Counted from the stretch's first letter, positions 1 to 10,306 are shown. The stretch: 64,000 nucleotides of DNA from Vulcanimicrobiota bacterium (GCA_963733295.1 CAVTCS010000003.1:2560001-2624000), one strand, 5' to 3'. Numbers and translations are program-made. The notes: generated by a model not told the origin, from the letters alone.

Positions 1-1
1 C

Positions 2-43
2 GGCGTGATCTCAGATTCCAGCGGCGGCGGCACGCTGCAATAA
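2..43 (+). CDS. 3' end of upstream gene (..GVISDSSGGGTLQ*), probably a paralogue of the next lipoprotein
   Basis: Frame 2 is open from the window edge to TAA at 41-43; the peptide resembles GTIHDASGLTL in the next protein. Confidence 0.4.
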   Translation, partial: GVISDSSGGGTLQ

Positions 44-83
44 ACCCCGGGATACGATAACGCACCGGCTCGTACCGTTCATC

Positions 84-1556
84 TTGATCGGCGCCGCGCT
101 TGCGGCGTGTTCGAGCGCGGGCTCGCGTAGTACGCTCCCGCAGACCGCGCCGCAGGTTGCGGCGGCGGCTGCGGGAGCAGCGACAGGCACGCTGACGATC
201 GAGGTGCCACCAAGCGAAACGGATAGCGTTCGCCGGAGGCCTTCGTACATCTCGTCGGCGACCAAACAGGCCGCCTTGTTCATCGACACCGTGACGACTG
301 CCGCCGGCTCGAGTTCGTCCTGCTCGAGCGGATGTACGATTGCCTACGCCACGAGCGCCGGAACGCACACGTTGCGTGCGGAGATCGCCAACGCCGCGAA
401 CGTCGTCTTGGCGGAGGGCTCGAAGCCGGTCACGCTCGCACCTGGCCCGGGCAACAACTTTACGATCACGCTCAACGGAGCAGCTGCCCTGGCTTCCTGG
501 GTGTCGACCACCGCGACCACCACGAACAGCATCTCGGGAACCTACGCGGTCGAGGACTCTTCGAAGGTTCTGATCACCTCCGCCCCGGGCGGAGCCTCGA
601 CGGCCTTCGACAACACTCCGATCACGTTCTCGACCCAGACGAGCGCCGGATTCACGGGAACCGCTTCCTTTACGACAAGCGGCAGCTCCACGACCCTGGG
701 CGCACCCGATGCGAAGGGAAACGATTATCCGTTTACGGCGACGTGCAGCGCCACGGCAAACGGCACGTTCACGATTGCCGCCAACGCGGCGAGCAGTTCT
801 GCCGGCATCACCTCGGCCCAGCTGATCGGACTATCGCTCAGTTATCCGTCTTCGAGCCTTAACGTGACGGCGATGCATACCTATAGCTGCAGCAAAGGTA
901 CGATCCACGATGCGAGCGGGCTGACTCTGGATGGTAGCGTCAGTAGTGCGAATGCGTGTACCGCCAGCATGACAAGCTGCTCGGTGACCTTGACGACGAG
1001 CAAGCCGAACGACGTGATCGTCGTGTATTGTGCGGCCGACCGGGCCAACGAGACGTTCAACGCGCCCACCGCAAGCGGACTAACATTTACACAAAGAGGC
1101 ACGACGTTTTCCCGCGATACGAGAAGCCAGGCTTTCTGGTATGCGATCGCCCCGAACCCGATATCGGAGAGCATCACGTGTTCCTGGTCCAGGGCGACGG
1201 GAGCCGGGATGCTCGCTTTTGGAGTCAACGGGGCAAATACGACCGCTCCATTCGATACGAACGCCAGCCTGCCGTTTTTCAGTGCCGTGCCCTCAAGCGG
1301 AACGAGCATCGACTGCGTGATTTCCACCAGCAACGCCAACGATTTCATCTACGGAATCGCGTACGGAAACACCGGTGAGATCACCGGCAACCCCGCTAGC
1401 CCGTTCAGCAACATCCTGGCAGCCAACAACGACTACGTGCCCGGCTCCTACGCAATCTTCTCGGCAGTCCAAACTGACTTGACCGTGACGTGGACAGTCA
1501 CAAATCATTCGAGGCTCGCATGGGCCTGTGACGCAATCGCAGAAGCGGGCACCTAG
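84..1556 (+). CDS. Ser/Thr-rich secreted lipoprotein, beta-sandwich-like domains
   Basis: Lipobox LAAC; S/T/G/A-rich with paired Cys; the hydrophobic signal extends upstream in frame (ITHRLVPFILIG), so the true start may be earlier. Confidence 0.75.
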   Translation: MIGAALAACSSAGSRSTLPQTAPQVAAAAAGAATGTLTIEVPPSETDSVRRRPSYISSATKQAALFIDTVTTAAGSSSSCSSGCTIAYATSAGTHTLRAEIANAANVVLAEGSKPVTLAPGPGNNFTITLNGAAALASWVSTTATTTNSISGTYAVEDSSKVLITSAPGGASTAFDNTPITFSTQTSAGFTGTASFTTSGSSTTLGAPDAKGNDYPFTATCSATANGTFTIAANAASSSAGITSAQLIGLSLSYPSSSLNVTAMHTYSCSKGTIHDASGLTLDGSVSSANACTASMTSCSVTLTTSKPNDVIVVYCAADRANETFNAPTASGLTFTQRGTTFSRDTRSQAFWYAIAPNPISESITCSWSRATGAGMLAFGVNGANTTAPFDTNASLPFFSAVPSSGTSIDCVISTSNANDFIYGIAYGNTGEITGNPASPFSNILAANNDYVPGSYAIFSAVQTDLTVTWTVTNHSRLAWACDAIAEAGT

Positions 1557-3412
1557 GGCTGCGCGGCTTTGCGCAAGACGCGCGCGTCGCCGCTGCGCAG
1601 CGTGATGCCCGCAGCGTCGAACCATTCGAGCAGCGGCACGGCGAACTTGCGCGAAGTGCCGATGAGGTCTCTAAAATCGGCCGGCGTGATCGTTCCCCGG
1701 CGGCGCAGCGCATCTTCCAGCAGCCGGCGGATCTGTGCGATCTGTTCCCCGCGATAGACGTCGCTGCCGACCTTGACGAGCGCTCCGCTCGCAAACAGCG
1801 TATCGAGGCTTTGCGCGAGTCCCGCAATCTTTGAAGTTGCCATCTTCGCCTTCAGCTCGGAGGCGGCGAGCGGTGCAAACGGCTGCGCGGGATCGCGGGC
1901 AAACGCCGTCTCGAAGAACTCGCGTTGTTCCGCCGAAACCGACGGCACGAACTCCGGCGTCGCGAAGTAGCCGGCGCGGTGCGCGAGCCGGCCGTCTTCG
2001 GCCAGCGCGCTCAGGACGCGCAACAGTCCGGGCTCGGGCGTGGCGAGGGCACGCGACAGGCCGAGCGCCGTCATCCCCATCAACCAAGGCGCAGCGGCTT
2101 GACTCGCTTCGAGACGTTCGCGCACCCGCTGGTGCAGCGCCTCAACGTGTTCGACCGCGACGTAGGCCGACGGCTTGGAAAGGCGCAGCGCCCGGCCTTC
2201 GGCGCGGAGCTGCTCGAGCAACTCTGACGCGCGCTCCTCGCGAACGTTCGCGATCGCGCCCGCATTCGCGGGCGTCGTGCCGTCGGTTCCGGCGCGGGTG
2301 AGGGCTTCGAGGATCGTTGCGAAATCGGAGGGCTCATCGAACGGCGCTGCCGCCGGAGCGGCGCCGGTGAACGTGCCGCCGCCGAGAACTTCCTTCGGCG
2401 AAAGGCCGCGCAGCACGAAAGCCGCACCTGGAAACGCGACGGTGGGTGCGCGCAAGTGCAGGCGCGCCGCGCGAGCATCGTCGGAGGCCGGGACGGAGTC
2501 GACGACGAGCGTTCCGAGGATCTCGGCGGCGCCGACGTACGCACGTACCGGCGTGCGCCGCCGCAACAGGTCGAGCGCTGCGGCTCGCGGACGGAAGCGC
2601 ACGTCGAAACTTGCAGCGCTCGCGAACTGCGGGCTGGCCAGAACCGCGCCGCGCCTGATCTCTGCGGTATCGATGCCGACGAGATTCGCAGCGACGCGCG
2701 AACCGCCCGCAACGCGCTCGCGCATCTCACCGAAGACCTGCAGACTCCGAATGCGAACCTCGCGCTCGAGCGGCGTCAGTCGCAGACGATCGCCGGTCGC
2801 GATCTCGCCCTGCATCAGCGTCCCGGTCACGACCGTACCGATCCCCGGCAAACTGAAGACGCGATCGATGGGAAGATACGGCGGCCGTTCGAGCGAGCGG
2901 GGTGGTAGCTGCGCGAGCGCGTCGTGAATCGCCGCACGCAACTCCTCGAGTCCGAAGCCGCTGAGCGCCGACACCGCGACGACGCGAGCATCATGCGCCT
3001 TCGTCCCGCGCGTCGCTTCGCGGACCAACTCTACCGCGAATCCACGCTCTTCGTCGCTGGCTGCATCGGCTTTGCTCAGGACGACGATCGTTTGCCTGAC
3101 GTTTAGATACTCGAGGACCGCCAAGTGCTCGAGCGTTTGCGGTCGGGGTCCTTCGTTTGCGGCAACGACCAGCAGCAAGAGTTCCATGCCCGACGCCCCT
3201 GCCAACATGTTGTGCAAGAATCGCTCGTGGCCCGGAACGTCGATGATTCCCGCTTCCAAACCGTCCTCGAAGCGCAGGTGCGCGAACCCGAGATCGAGCG
3301 ACATGCCGCGCAAACGCTCCTCGAGCCAACGATCGGGATCGGTACCGGTAAGAGCGCGCACGAGCGTCGACTTGCCGTGATCGACGTGACCGGCCGTCCC
3401 AATGATGTGCAC
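1553..3412 (-). CDS. selB: Selenocysteine-specific elongation factor SelB
   Basis: IIGTAGHVDHGKS, DVPGHERF, C-terminal winged-helix SRKFAVPLLEWFD; GTG start at 3412 just after the selA stop. Confidence 0.96.
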   Translation of the reverse strand: MHIIGTAGHVDHGKSTLVRALTGTDPDRWLEERLRGMSLDLGFAHLRFEDGLEAGIIDVPGHERFLHNMLAGASGMELLLLVVAANEGPRPQTLEHLAVLEYLNVRQTIVVLSKADAASDEERGFAVELVREATRGTKAHDARVVAVSALSGFGLEELRAAIHDALAQLPPRSLERPPYLPIDRVFSLPGIGTVVTGTLMQGEIATGDRLRLTPLEREVRIRSLQVFGEMRERVAGGSRVAANLVGIDTAEIRRGAVLASPQFASAASFDVRFRPRAAALDLLRRRTPVRAYVGAAEILGTLVVDSVPASDDARAARLHLRAPTVAFPGAAFVLRGLSPKEVLGGGTFTGAAPAAAPFDEPSDFATILEALTRAGTDGTTPANAGAIANVREERASELLEQLRAEGRALRLSKPSAYVAVEHVEALHQRVRERLEASQAAAPWLMGMTALGLSRALATPEPGLLRVLSALAEDGRLAHRAGYFATPEFVPSVSAEQREFFETAFARDPAQPFAPLAASELKAKMATSKIAGLAQSLDTLFASGALVKVGSDVYRGEQIAQIRRLLEDALRRRGTITPADFRDLIGTSRKFAVPLLEWFDAAGITLRSGDARVLRKAAQP

Positions 3413-3416
3413 GGCG

Positions 3417-4781
3417 TCAGGCGGTGAGGATTCGCACGATTTCGCCGTCGCGCTCCGGCGGGAGCGTCCGCAAGTCGAAGAGCAGCGCGCCGTCCTCGAT
3501 TCGGCCGGCGAGTGCAGGACGCCGCGCCCGCAACTCGCTCGCCCTCCGCTCGGGATCGCCGGCGCTCTCCAGGCGGATACCGATCGAAGCGAGCGCAGCC
3601 AGCGGCAACGAACCGCCGCCCGCGAAAGCTTGCGTTTCGACGACGCGAACGCCGACGCCGCGGACCTCCAGTTCGCCGCGCAGCCGTTCCGCACGCGCGC
3701 GCAGCGCGTCGAGCGACACGCCGAGCATTGCGTAGATCGGAATTTCGCCGAGTCTATCCGGTTCGAGATACAGCTGCAACGTCGCCGCCAGTGCCGCAAG
3801 CGTCGCCTTGTCGACGCGCAGCGCGCGCAGAAGGGGATTGGCGCGTAGTCGCGCGATCGTTGCCGCACGACCTGCGATGATTCCCGCTTGCGGGCCGCCG
3901 AGCAACTTGTCACCGGAAAACGCGACGAGGTCGATTCCGTCACCGACCGCTTCGCGGACCGTCCGCTCGTGCGGCAGTCCAAAGGATGCGAGATCGACGA
4001 GCGCACCGCTGCCCAAGTCTTCGACCAGCGGAACCCCGGCGCGCCGCGTAAAGGCCGCCAGATCGCGGGGTTCGACATCGGCCGTAAACCCTTGGATCGA
4101 GTAGTTCGAGGCGTGCGTGCGCAGAACGAGCGCGGTTTCCGGTCCGAGAGCGCGCTCGAAGTCTCGCAAGTAAACTTTGTTGGTCGTTCCGACCTCGACC
4201 AGCCGCGCGCCGCTGCGCGAGAGAACCTCGGGCAAGCGAAAGCCTCCCCCGATCTCGATCAGCTGATTGCGCGCCACGACTACCTCGCGACCGCGCGCGA
4301 ACGTGTCCAGCACCAGCAAGACGGCCGCGGCGCAGTTGTTGACCACGAGGCCATCTTCCGCGCCGCTGGTCTCGCGCAGCAGCGCCCCCACGCGCTCGTA
4401 ACGCGAACCGCGCGTTCCCGTCTCGAGATCGTACTCGAGGTTCGAGTATCCGCCCGCGATGCGCCCGATCGCCTCGAGTGCGGCGCGCGCCAGCGGCGCC
4501 CGGCCTAGATTCGTGTGCAACAAAATGCCGGTGCCGTTGAGAACCTCGACGAGGCCCTCCGACTCGACCGAACTCAAACGCGCGCAGATCTCAGCGACGA
4601 GTACTTCGAACGGCGGCAAGACCTCTCCGCTGCTCGAATGCGCGCGCGCTTCGCGCAGTACGTCCGCGATCGCCGTCTTGACGGTTCCAGTGCCGAGCAG
4701 CCCGCAAAAGCCGGCCAGAGCGGGCGCGGCCATCAGCCGGTGGACTGCGGGAACTCCGCGCAATGCGGAGTCCGCGTTCAC
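3417..4781 (-). CDS. selA: L-seryl-tRNA(Sec) selenium transferase
   Basis: NGTGILLHTNLGRAP, YSNLEYDL, EIGGGFR, EVGTTN, FSGDKLLGGPQAG (PLP lysine). Confidence 0.97.
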   Translation of the reverse strand: MNADSALRGVPAVHRLMAAPALAGFCGLLGTGTVKTAIADVLREARAHSSSGEVLPPFEVLVAEICARLSSVESEGLVEVLNGTGILLHTNLGRAPLARAALEAIGRIAGGYSNLEYDLETGTRGSRYERVGALLRETSGAEDGLVVNNCAAAVLLVLDTFARGREVVVARNQLIEIGGGFRLPEVLSRSGARLVEVGTTNKVYLRDFERALGPETALVLRTHASNYSIQGFTADVEPRDLAAFTRRAGVPLVEDLGSGALVDLASFGLPHERTVREAVGDGIDLVAFSGDKLLGGPQAGIIAGRAATIARLRANPLLRALRVDKATLAALAATLQLYLEPDRLGEIPIYAMLGVSLDALRARAERLRGELEVRGVGVRVVETQAFAGGGSLPLAALASIGIRLESAGDPERRASELRARRPALAGRIEDGALLFDLRTLPPERDGEIVRILTA

Positions 4782-4788
4782 GGGTGCG

Positions 4789-5121
4789 TCAGGCGGCTGC
4801 GAGATGCTTGTCGAGCATCGACGTGATCGTTTTTTCGCTGACGAATCCGACGATGCGGTCGATCGGCTCACCGCCCTTGAACAAGATGAGGCATGGGATC
4901 CCCGAGACGTGATACTCGCCCGCGAGCGACGGATTCCGGTCGGTGTCGAGTTTCATGAACTTCATGCGGCCGGCGTACGACGACGCGACCTTCTCGACGA
5001 CCGGTGCAAGCATTTTGCACGGACCGCACCAGTCGGCCCAAAAATCGACCAGCACCGGCTGATCGTGCGAGAGAACGTCCTGTTTGAACGTAGCCTGCGT
5101 AACGTCGGGAAGAGCGCTCAT
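4789..5121 (-). CDS. trxA: Thioredoxin
   Basis: VDFWADWCGPCK motif, 110 aa. Confidence 0.96.
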   Translation of the reverse strand: MSALPDVTQATFKQDVLSHDQPVLVDFWADWCGPCKMLAPVVEKVASSYAGRMKFMKLDTDRNPSLAGEYHVSGIPCLILFKGGEPIDRIVGFVSEKTITSMLDKHLAAA

Positions 5122-5189
5122 ATCCTAATCCATACCTCCGAGAATCTTGGACCACCGCGGGCCCTCGACGGTTGCGTCTCCGTCACCCG

Positions 5190-7703
5190 TTACTTACCCG
5201 CCACCGGGGGCTCGCCGGTAATTTCCGCGATCTGCTTCGTTTGCTCGCCTAGGTTCGTCACCGCGATCACCTCGTCGCCCTCCTCGAGCCGCTGCAGGCG
5301 GACGCCCTTGGTCGAACGTCCGGCCTTGCGAATGTCGGAGGCGCGAATCCGGATCACCTGATTCCCCGAGGTCATCAGGAGAATCTCGTCCTCGGGCTTC
5401 ACGAGAATCTGATCGACTACGTGGCCGACGTTCTTCTCCCGGGCGAAGGCTTTGACGCCTTTGCCGCCGCGCGAGGTATGGCGGTAATCGTCGATCGCCG
5501 TCCGCTTGCCGAAGCCCTGCGAAGTAACGATCAGGACCTCGCGGCGCTCGCGCTCTTCGACGTCCATCGCGACGACTTCGTCGCCCGGTGCGAGCGTAAT
5601 CGCACGAACGCCGCGCGCGTTGCGCCCCATCGAACGCACGTCCTTCTCGTTGAAGTGGACGGCCATGCCGTCGCGCGTTCCTAAGATGATGTCCCGCGAA
5701 CCGTCCGAGAGGTCGACGGCGAGCAGCTCGTCGTTCTCGTCCAAATCGATTGCGTTGAGCCCGCTCTTGCGGATGTTCGCGAACTCCGAGAGCGAGGACT
5801 TCTTGATGACGCCGCGGCGCGTGACCATCACGAGGAACCGGTTCTCATCGAAGGTGGAGACCGGAAAGACCGCCGTGACCTTCTCGTCGAGCGGAAGGGT
5901 CAGCAAGTTGACGAGCGCGGTTCCACGCGCTTGCCTGGTACTGTCGGGAATCTCGTAGCCACGCAGGCGGTACGCGCGGCCCTTGTTCGTGAAGAACAAG
6001 ACGTGCTGGTGGGTCGACGCCATGAAGAAATTCTGCACGACATCTTCACGCTTGAGGTTCGAGATGCCGGTTACGCCGCGGCCGCCACGATTCTGCGCCC
6101 GGAACGTGTCGACCGAGACGCGCTTGATGTAACCGCCGACCGTCGAGGTGACGACGACGTCCGAGTCCGCGATCATGTCTTCCATCGCGAACTCGTCTTC
6201 GAGCGGCACGATCTGCGTGCGGCGCGGATCGCCGAAACGCTTCTTGAGATCGACGGACTCGCTGCGCACGATCGCCGCGATGCGGCGCGGACTGGCCAAG
6301 ATATCCTCGAGCTCCGCGATCGTCTTGAGCAACTCGCGGTACTCGTCTTCGATCTTCGCGCGTTCTAGGCCGACCAGCGTGCGCAGACGCATGTCGAGGA
6401 TCGCGTTTGCCTGCAGGACCGAGAGCGTGAAGCGGGCTACCAGCCTCTCGCGCGCAACCTCGGTGTTCTCGCTGTCCCGAATGATGGCGATGACTTCCTC
6501 GATGTTGTCGAGCGCGATCCGGAAGCCTTCGAGGATGTGCGCGCGTTCGCGCGCCTTGTTGAGGTCGTACTCGGTGCGCCGCCGGATAACCGTCTTGCGA
6601 TGCGCGATGAAGTGCTCGAGCATCTGCCGCAGCGAAAGGACCTGCGGCTCGAGGGCGCCCGGAAGGCCGGGTACGGTGGGTGGAACCGGCAACAGCGCCA
6701 GCATGTTGAAACCGAAGCTCGACTGCAGCGGCGTGTGTTTGTAGAGCAGATTGAGAACGACGCCCGGCGTGGCGGAACGCGCCAGCTCGACGACGATCCG
6801 AGTCCCCTTGCGGTCCGATTCGTTTTGCAGACTCGAGATGCCGACGATGCTCTTTTGCTCGTGAGCTTCCGCGATCGCCTCAACGATGCGCGCCGTCGTC
6901 ACTTGGAAGGGAACTTCGGTGATCACAATGCGATGACGCCCGCGCTCTTCCATGATTTCGGCCTTGCCACGCATCACGATCGAGCCGCGACCGGTACGAT
7001 AGGCCTGACGGATCGCCTCTTTGCCCATCAAAAAGCCGCCCGTCGGAAAGTCGGGACCTTGGACGATCTCGGACAGCGCCCGGTCGAGGTCGTCTGGCGG
7101 GTCGTCCTGATGATCGACCAAATAGGCGACCGCGTCACTGATTTCGCCGATATTGTGCGGCGGGATGTTGGTCGCCATGCCAACGGCGATACCGCTCGAA
7201 CCGTTGACCAAGAGCTGAGGCATGCGCGAGGGCAGTACGGTCGGCTCGGTGCCCTGGCTGTCGAAATTCGGAATGAAATCGACGGTGTCTTTATCGATGT
7301 CGGCCAGCATTTCCAGCGCGATGCGGGCCAAGCGCGCCTCGGTATAGCGGTACGCCGCCGGCCGGTCGCCGTCGATCGAGCCGAAGTTGCCGTGCGGATC
7401 GATCAAGGGATAGCGCAAGGTGAAATCTTGCGCCATACGGACGAGCGCGTCGTACACCGAACTGTCGCCGTGCGGATGATAGTTCTTGAGCACCTCACCG
7501 ATGACGCCGGCGCACTTACGGTGCTGCTTGTCGGGGGTAAGGTTCATCTCGCGCATGGCATACAGGATGCGGCGCTGCACCGGTTTCAGTCCGTCGCGGA
7601 CGTCGGGAAGCGCTCTCGAGGCGATGACCGACATCGCGTAGGAGAGATACGATTCCCGCATCTCGTCTTCGACGTTTATCTGAGAAGTATGATCTCTATT
7701 CAA
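5190..7703 (-). CDS. gyrA: DNA gyrase subunit A
   Basis: RALPDVRDGLKPV, YHPHGDS, AAYRYTEAR; GyrA-box QNRGGRG; C-terminal pinwheel repeats. Confidence 0.97.
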   Translation of the reverse strand: MNRDHTSQINVEDEMRESYLSYAMSVIASRALPDVRDGLKPVQRRILYAMREMNLTPDKQHRKCAGVIGEVLKNYHPHGDSSVYDALVRMAQDFTLRYPLIDPHGNFGSIDGDRPAAYRYTEARLARIALEMLADIDKDTVDFIPNFDSQGTEPTVLPSRMPQLLVNGSSGIAVGMATNIPPHNIGEISDAVAYLVDHQDDPPDDLDRALSEIVQGPDFPTGGFLMGKEAIRQAYRTGRGSIVMRGKAEIMEERGRHRIVITEVPFQVTTARIVEAIAEAHEQKSIVGISSLQNESDRKGTRIVVELARSATPGVVLNLLYKHTPLQSSFGFNMLALLPVPPTVPGLPGALEPQVLSLRQMLEHFIAHRKTVIRRRTEYDLNKARERAHILEGFRIALDNIEEVIAIIRDSENTEVARERLVARFTLSVLQANAILDMRLRTLVGLERAKIEDEYRELLKTIAELEDILASPRRIAAIVRSESVDLKKRFGDPRRTQIVPLEDEFAMEDMIADSDVVVTSTVGGYIKRVSVDTFRAQNRGGRGVTGISNLKREDVVQNFFMASTHQHVLFFTNKGRAYRLRGYEIPDSTRQARGTALVNLLTLPLDEKVTAVFPVSTFDENRFLVMVTRRGVIKKSSLSEFANIRKSGLNAIDLDENDELLAVDLSDGSRDIILGTRDGMAVHFNEKDVRSMGRNARGVRAITLAPGDEVVAMDVEERERREVLIVTSQGFGKRTAIDDYRHTSRGGKGVKAFAREKNVGHVVDQILVKPEDEILLMTSGNQVIRIRASDIRKAGRSTKGVRLQRLEEGDEVIAVTNLGEQTKQIAEITGEPPVAGK

Positions 7704-7759
7704 TACCGATGCTCACGCGCGGGCGAGGCGGCGCGTGCCGACGAAAGTAGTGCGCGTGC

Positions 7760-8002
7760 CTAGCGCGGTTGAGTTTGATGTGGTTGGTGTGGTCTGAAAA
7801 GCCAGCCGACGCCGACCCCGACGATCGCTCCGACGATCGCTCCCATCAGTGCCACCTTGGGGATTCCGGCCCCCCAATTGCCCCCGTGCGCGCCGAACGT
7901 GATCACTCGCTGGAAGAAGAAAAACGCTTCGACGAGCGCGGCGATCACGGCTGAAACCACGCCAGAGATGACGCCGATGAGGACGCCGCTGACTCGAATC
8001 AT
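7760..8002 (-). CDS. Small membrane protein (80 aa, 2 TM, glycine-zipper-like)
   Basis: Two hydrophobic helices with GxxxG repeats; fills the gap between gyrA and tsaE. Confidence 0.65.
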   Translation of the reverse strand: MIRVSGVLIGVISGVVSAVIAALVEAFFFFQRVITFGAHGGNWGAGIPKVALMGAIVGAIVGVGVGWLFRPHQPHQTQPR

Positions 8003-8041
8003 CTTTGCGGGCTTCGCGCTAAAGAACGAGGTTTCTTCTCC

Positions 8042-8467
8042 GTGACGCGGCTCAAAATGCGCGCCGAAAGCCTCGACGCCTTCGAACGCCTGGCGGCCGA
8101 ATTCGCTCGAACGCTCGCACCCGGGAACGTCGTCGCACTGGCCGGTCAACTCGGCTCGGGGAAGACCGCCTTCGTACACGCCGTCGTGCGCGAACTGCAC
8201 GGCGACGCTACGAGCGTGGCCAGTCCGACCTTCGTCTTTTGGCATCGCTACCCGGGCAAGCCCCCGATCGAACACCTCGATCTCTACCGCGTCGGCGGTC
8301 CGGACGAAGCTCTCGAACTGGGGCTTGAGGAAAGCTTCGATCCCGGGTCGATCGTGCTCGTTGAATGGCCGGAACGTTTGCCGGCGCTCATCCCTCACCA
8401 CGCGTTGCGCGTGGAGATCGAAGGTTCGGGAAGCGATCCGCGCTCGCTCGTTTTCGAGCGCCCCTGA
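8042..8467 (+). CDS. tsaE: tRNA t6A biosynthesis ATPase TsaE
   Basis: GQLGSGKT, SPTF, HLDLYR, VEWPE. Confidence 0.95.
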   Translation: MTRLKMRAESLDAFERLAAEFARTLAPGNVVALAGQLGSGKTAFVHAVVRELHGDATSVASPTFVFWHRYPGKPPIEHLDLYRVGGPDEALELGLEESFDPGSIVLVEWPERLPALIPHHALRVEIEGSGSDPRSLVFERP

Positions 8468-9147
8468 TGGGCCTGTTGCTCGCGATCGACGGTGCCCTGG
8501 GAGCGTTTTCAGCAGCGCTGGTGGCGCGCGATGCGAGCGTCGCACCCCGAAGCGCCGCGACGGCCGGCGGCGACGCACTCGAACGCGGCTTGCAGCTCAT
8601 CGATGAAGTCCTTGCCGGAACCTCGCTCGCCGAGCTCGATGCGCTCGCCGTCGGGTTGGGTCCCGGCTCGTTCACCGGTTTGCGCATCGCACTCAGTTAC
8701 GCGAAGAGTCTCGCTTTCGCGGCAACCTTGCCGCTGGTCGGCGTCTCGTCCTACGATGCGCTCGAACGGGAAGGAAGCCCGCTGCCCAGCGCGGCGTTCG
8801 TCCATGCCCGGACCGGCCTCGCTTGCATGCGGCTGCGTACCGAAAGGGGGAATACCACCTTGTGTGCACCCTACGTCGAGCTGGCCGAAACCGTCGCCGC
8901 GGAGTTGCCGCCGGAAAGTGAGCTTCACGCCTGTGGAGCGCTGGAGGGCGTGACTTCGGAGCTTGGCGAACGCGGAATAATCGTGCGTCCGCGCCCTCCG
9001 GCCGAGCAGCCTCCCGCGCTCGCGATCGCGCTCCGAGCCTTGCGGCAAGAGCCGGTCGCGAGTCCACACGGCGTGCGCGCGGACTACGGCGAGCGGACGA
9101 ACTACGCCGAGCGCAGTCCGCAAGCGAGGCCGTCGCGGCGCTCATGA
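8467..9147 (+). CDS. tsaB: tRNA t6A biosynthesis protein TsaB
   Basis: LLAID, GPGSFTGLRI; ATG overlaps the tsaE stop. Confidence 0.93.
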   Translation: MGLLLAIDGALGAFSAALVARDASVAPRSAATAGGDALERGLQLIDEVLAGTSLAELDALAVGLGPGSFTGLRIALSYAKSLAFAATLPLVGVSSYDALEREGSPLPSAAFVHARTGLACMRLRTERGNTTLCAPYVELAETVAAELPPESELHACGALEGVTSELGERGIIVRPRPPAEQPPALAIALRALRQEPVASPHGVRADYGERTNYAERSPQARPSRRS

Positions 9148-9713
9148 AGGCCGACCTCGATCCTCGTTTCGCGGGCAGCGGCCCTCTTTCGATCGTTCCG
9201 ATGCAGGCCGCCGACGTGCGGGCCGTGATGCGCATCGAATCGCTTTCTTTCACGACCTCGTGGCCACCGAGCGCTTTCCACAGCGAGCTGAACGACAACA
9301 AGCTCGCGCACTACTTCGTCGGTCGCGCGGGCGATCCGCAAAGCGGACCCATCGTCGCCTACGGCGGCATCTGGGTGATCCTCGAGGATTCGCACGTGAC
9401 GACGATCGCGGTGCATCCCGATTGGCGCGGCAAAAAATATGGCGAGCAAGTCCTCGTGCGTTTGTTGCGCGAGGCGATCGAGCGCGGTGCGGCCTGGATC
9501 ACACTCGAGGCGCGCGAGTCGAATTTGGTCGCGCAGAGCCTCTACCGCAAGTACGGCTTCGTGACGGTTTCGACGCGTCGAGCCTACTACAGCGACAACG
9601 GGGAGAACGCGGTCGTGATGTGGGCCGGCAACTTGCGCGGCGAACTCTATGGCAACCGGCTTTCGGCGCTCGAACGCCGGCTCGCTCGCGCGCTTGCGAT
9701 TCCGGACGCTTGA
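9144..9713 (+). CDS. rimI: Ribosomal protein S18 alanine N-acetyltransferase
   Basis: GNAT motifs HVTTIAVHPDWRG, LEARESN, YYSDNGENAVVM; follows tsaB. Confidence 0.9.
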   Translation: MKADLDPRFAGSGPLSIVPMQAADVRAVMRIESLSFTTSWPPSAFHSELNDNKLAHYFVGRAGDPQSGPIVAYGGIWVILEDSHVTTIAVHPDWRGKKYGEQVLVRLLREAIERGAAWITLEARESNLVAQSLYRKYGFVTVSTRRAYYSDNGENAVVMWAGNLRGELYGNRLSALERRLARALAIPDA

Positions 9714-10306
9714 CTTTTACGGCGTTAGCCAGGGAAGTTCGCGCGCAACTTTCAGGCGAGCACCGCTACGAGCATGTCGTGCGCGTCGCGCGGCTGGCCG
9801 AGCGGTTCGCGTGCGCGCATCGCGTGGCGCCGGAACGCGCGCGTTCGGCCGGTATGCTGCACGACCTCGCGCGGCTCTACTCCGCCGAGCGCTTGTTGCA
9901 TGAGTGCGCGCTGCGCGGACTCGCGCTCGATGCGTTCGAGTTGCGCAACCCGATCGTCGTGCACGCGCGTCTGGGCGCGGAACTGGCACGCGAGCGGTTC
10001 GGAGTGAGCGACGAAGGCGTCCTCTCCGCGATCCGCAAGCACACCCTAGCCGACGCCGCGATGTCGCCGCTCGACGAAGTCGTGTACCTTGCCGACAGCC
10101 TCGAACCGGGGCGTGACTTTCCCGAACGGCAAGCCCTCGAAGAGCTTGCCTTCGAAAGCCTTCCTGCAGCGATGCGCGCGACGCTCGAAGCGAACATCGC
10201 CTACCTCAACCGGCGCGGGCTCGAAGCCGCACCGCAAACCCTTGCCGCGCTCGACCGCTACGTCAAAGTTGCGGCGACGAAAGGAGCAACGACCTGCCCG
10301 ATCTGA
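9710..10306 (+). CDS. yqeK: HD-domain Ap4A hydrolase YqeK
   Basis: RYEHVVRV, LHDLAR, HT, YLADSLEPGR; TTG start overlapping the rimI stop; upstream of rsfS. Confidence 0.88.
   Translation: MTFTALAREVRAQLSGEHRYEHVVRVARLAERFACAHRVAPERARSAGMLHDLARLYSAERLLHECALRGLALDAFELRNPIVVHARLGAELARERFGVSDEGVLSAIRKHTLADAAMSPLDEVVYLADSLEPGRDFPERQALEELAFESLPAAMRATLEANIAYLNRRGLEAAPQTLAALDRYVKVAATKGATTCPI

Noticed and set aside
3413..4078. N-terminal extension on SelB in the ORF track (similar extensions on leuS, the IlvD/Edd gene and meaB)
   Set aside because: The extensions overlap upstream genes or intergenic DNA; family homology begins at the downstream starts given
1..8041. tRNA-Sec (selC) or selD near selAB
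   Set aside because: Intergenic gaps are too short and no cloverleaf or SelD motif was recognised by eye anywhere in the window
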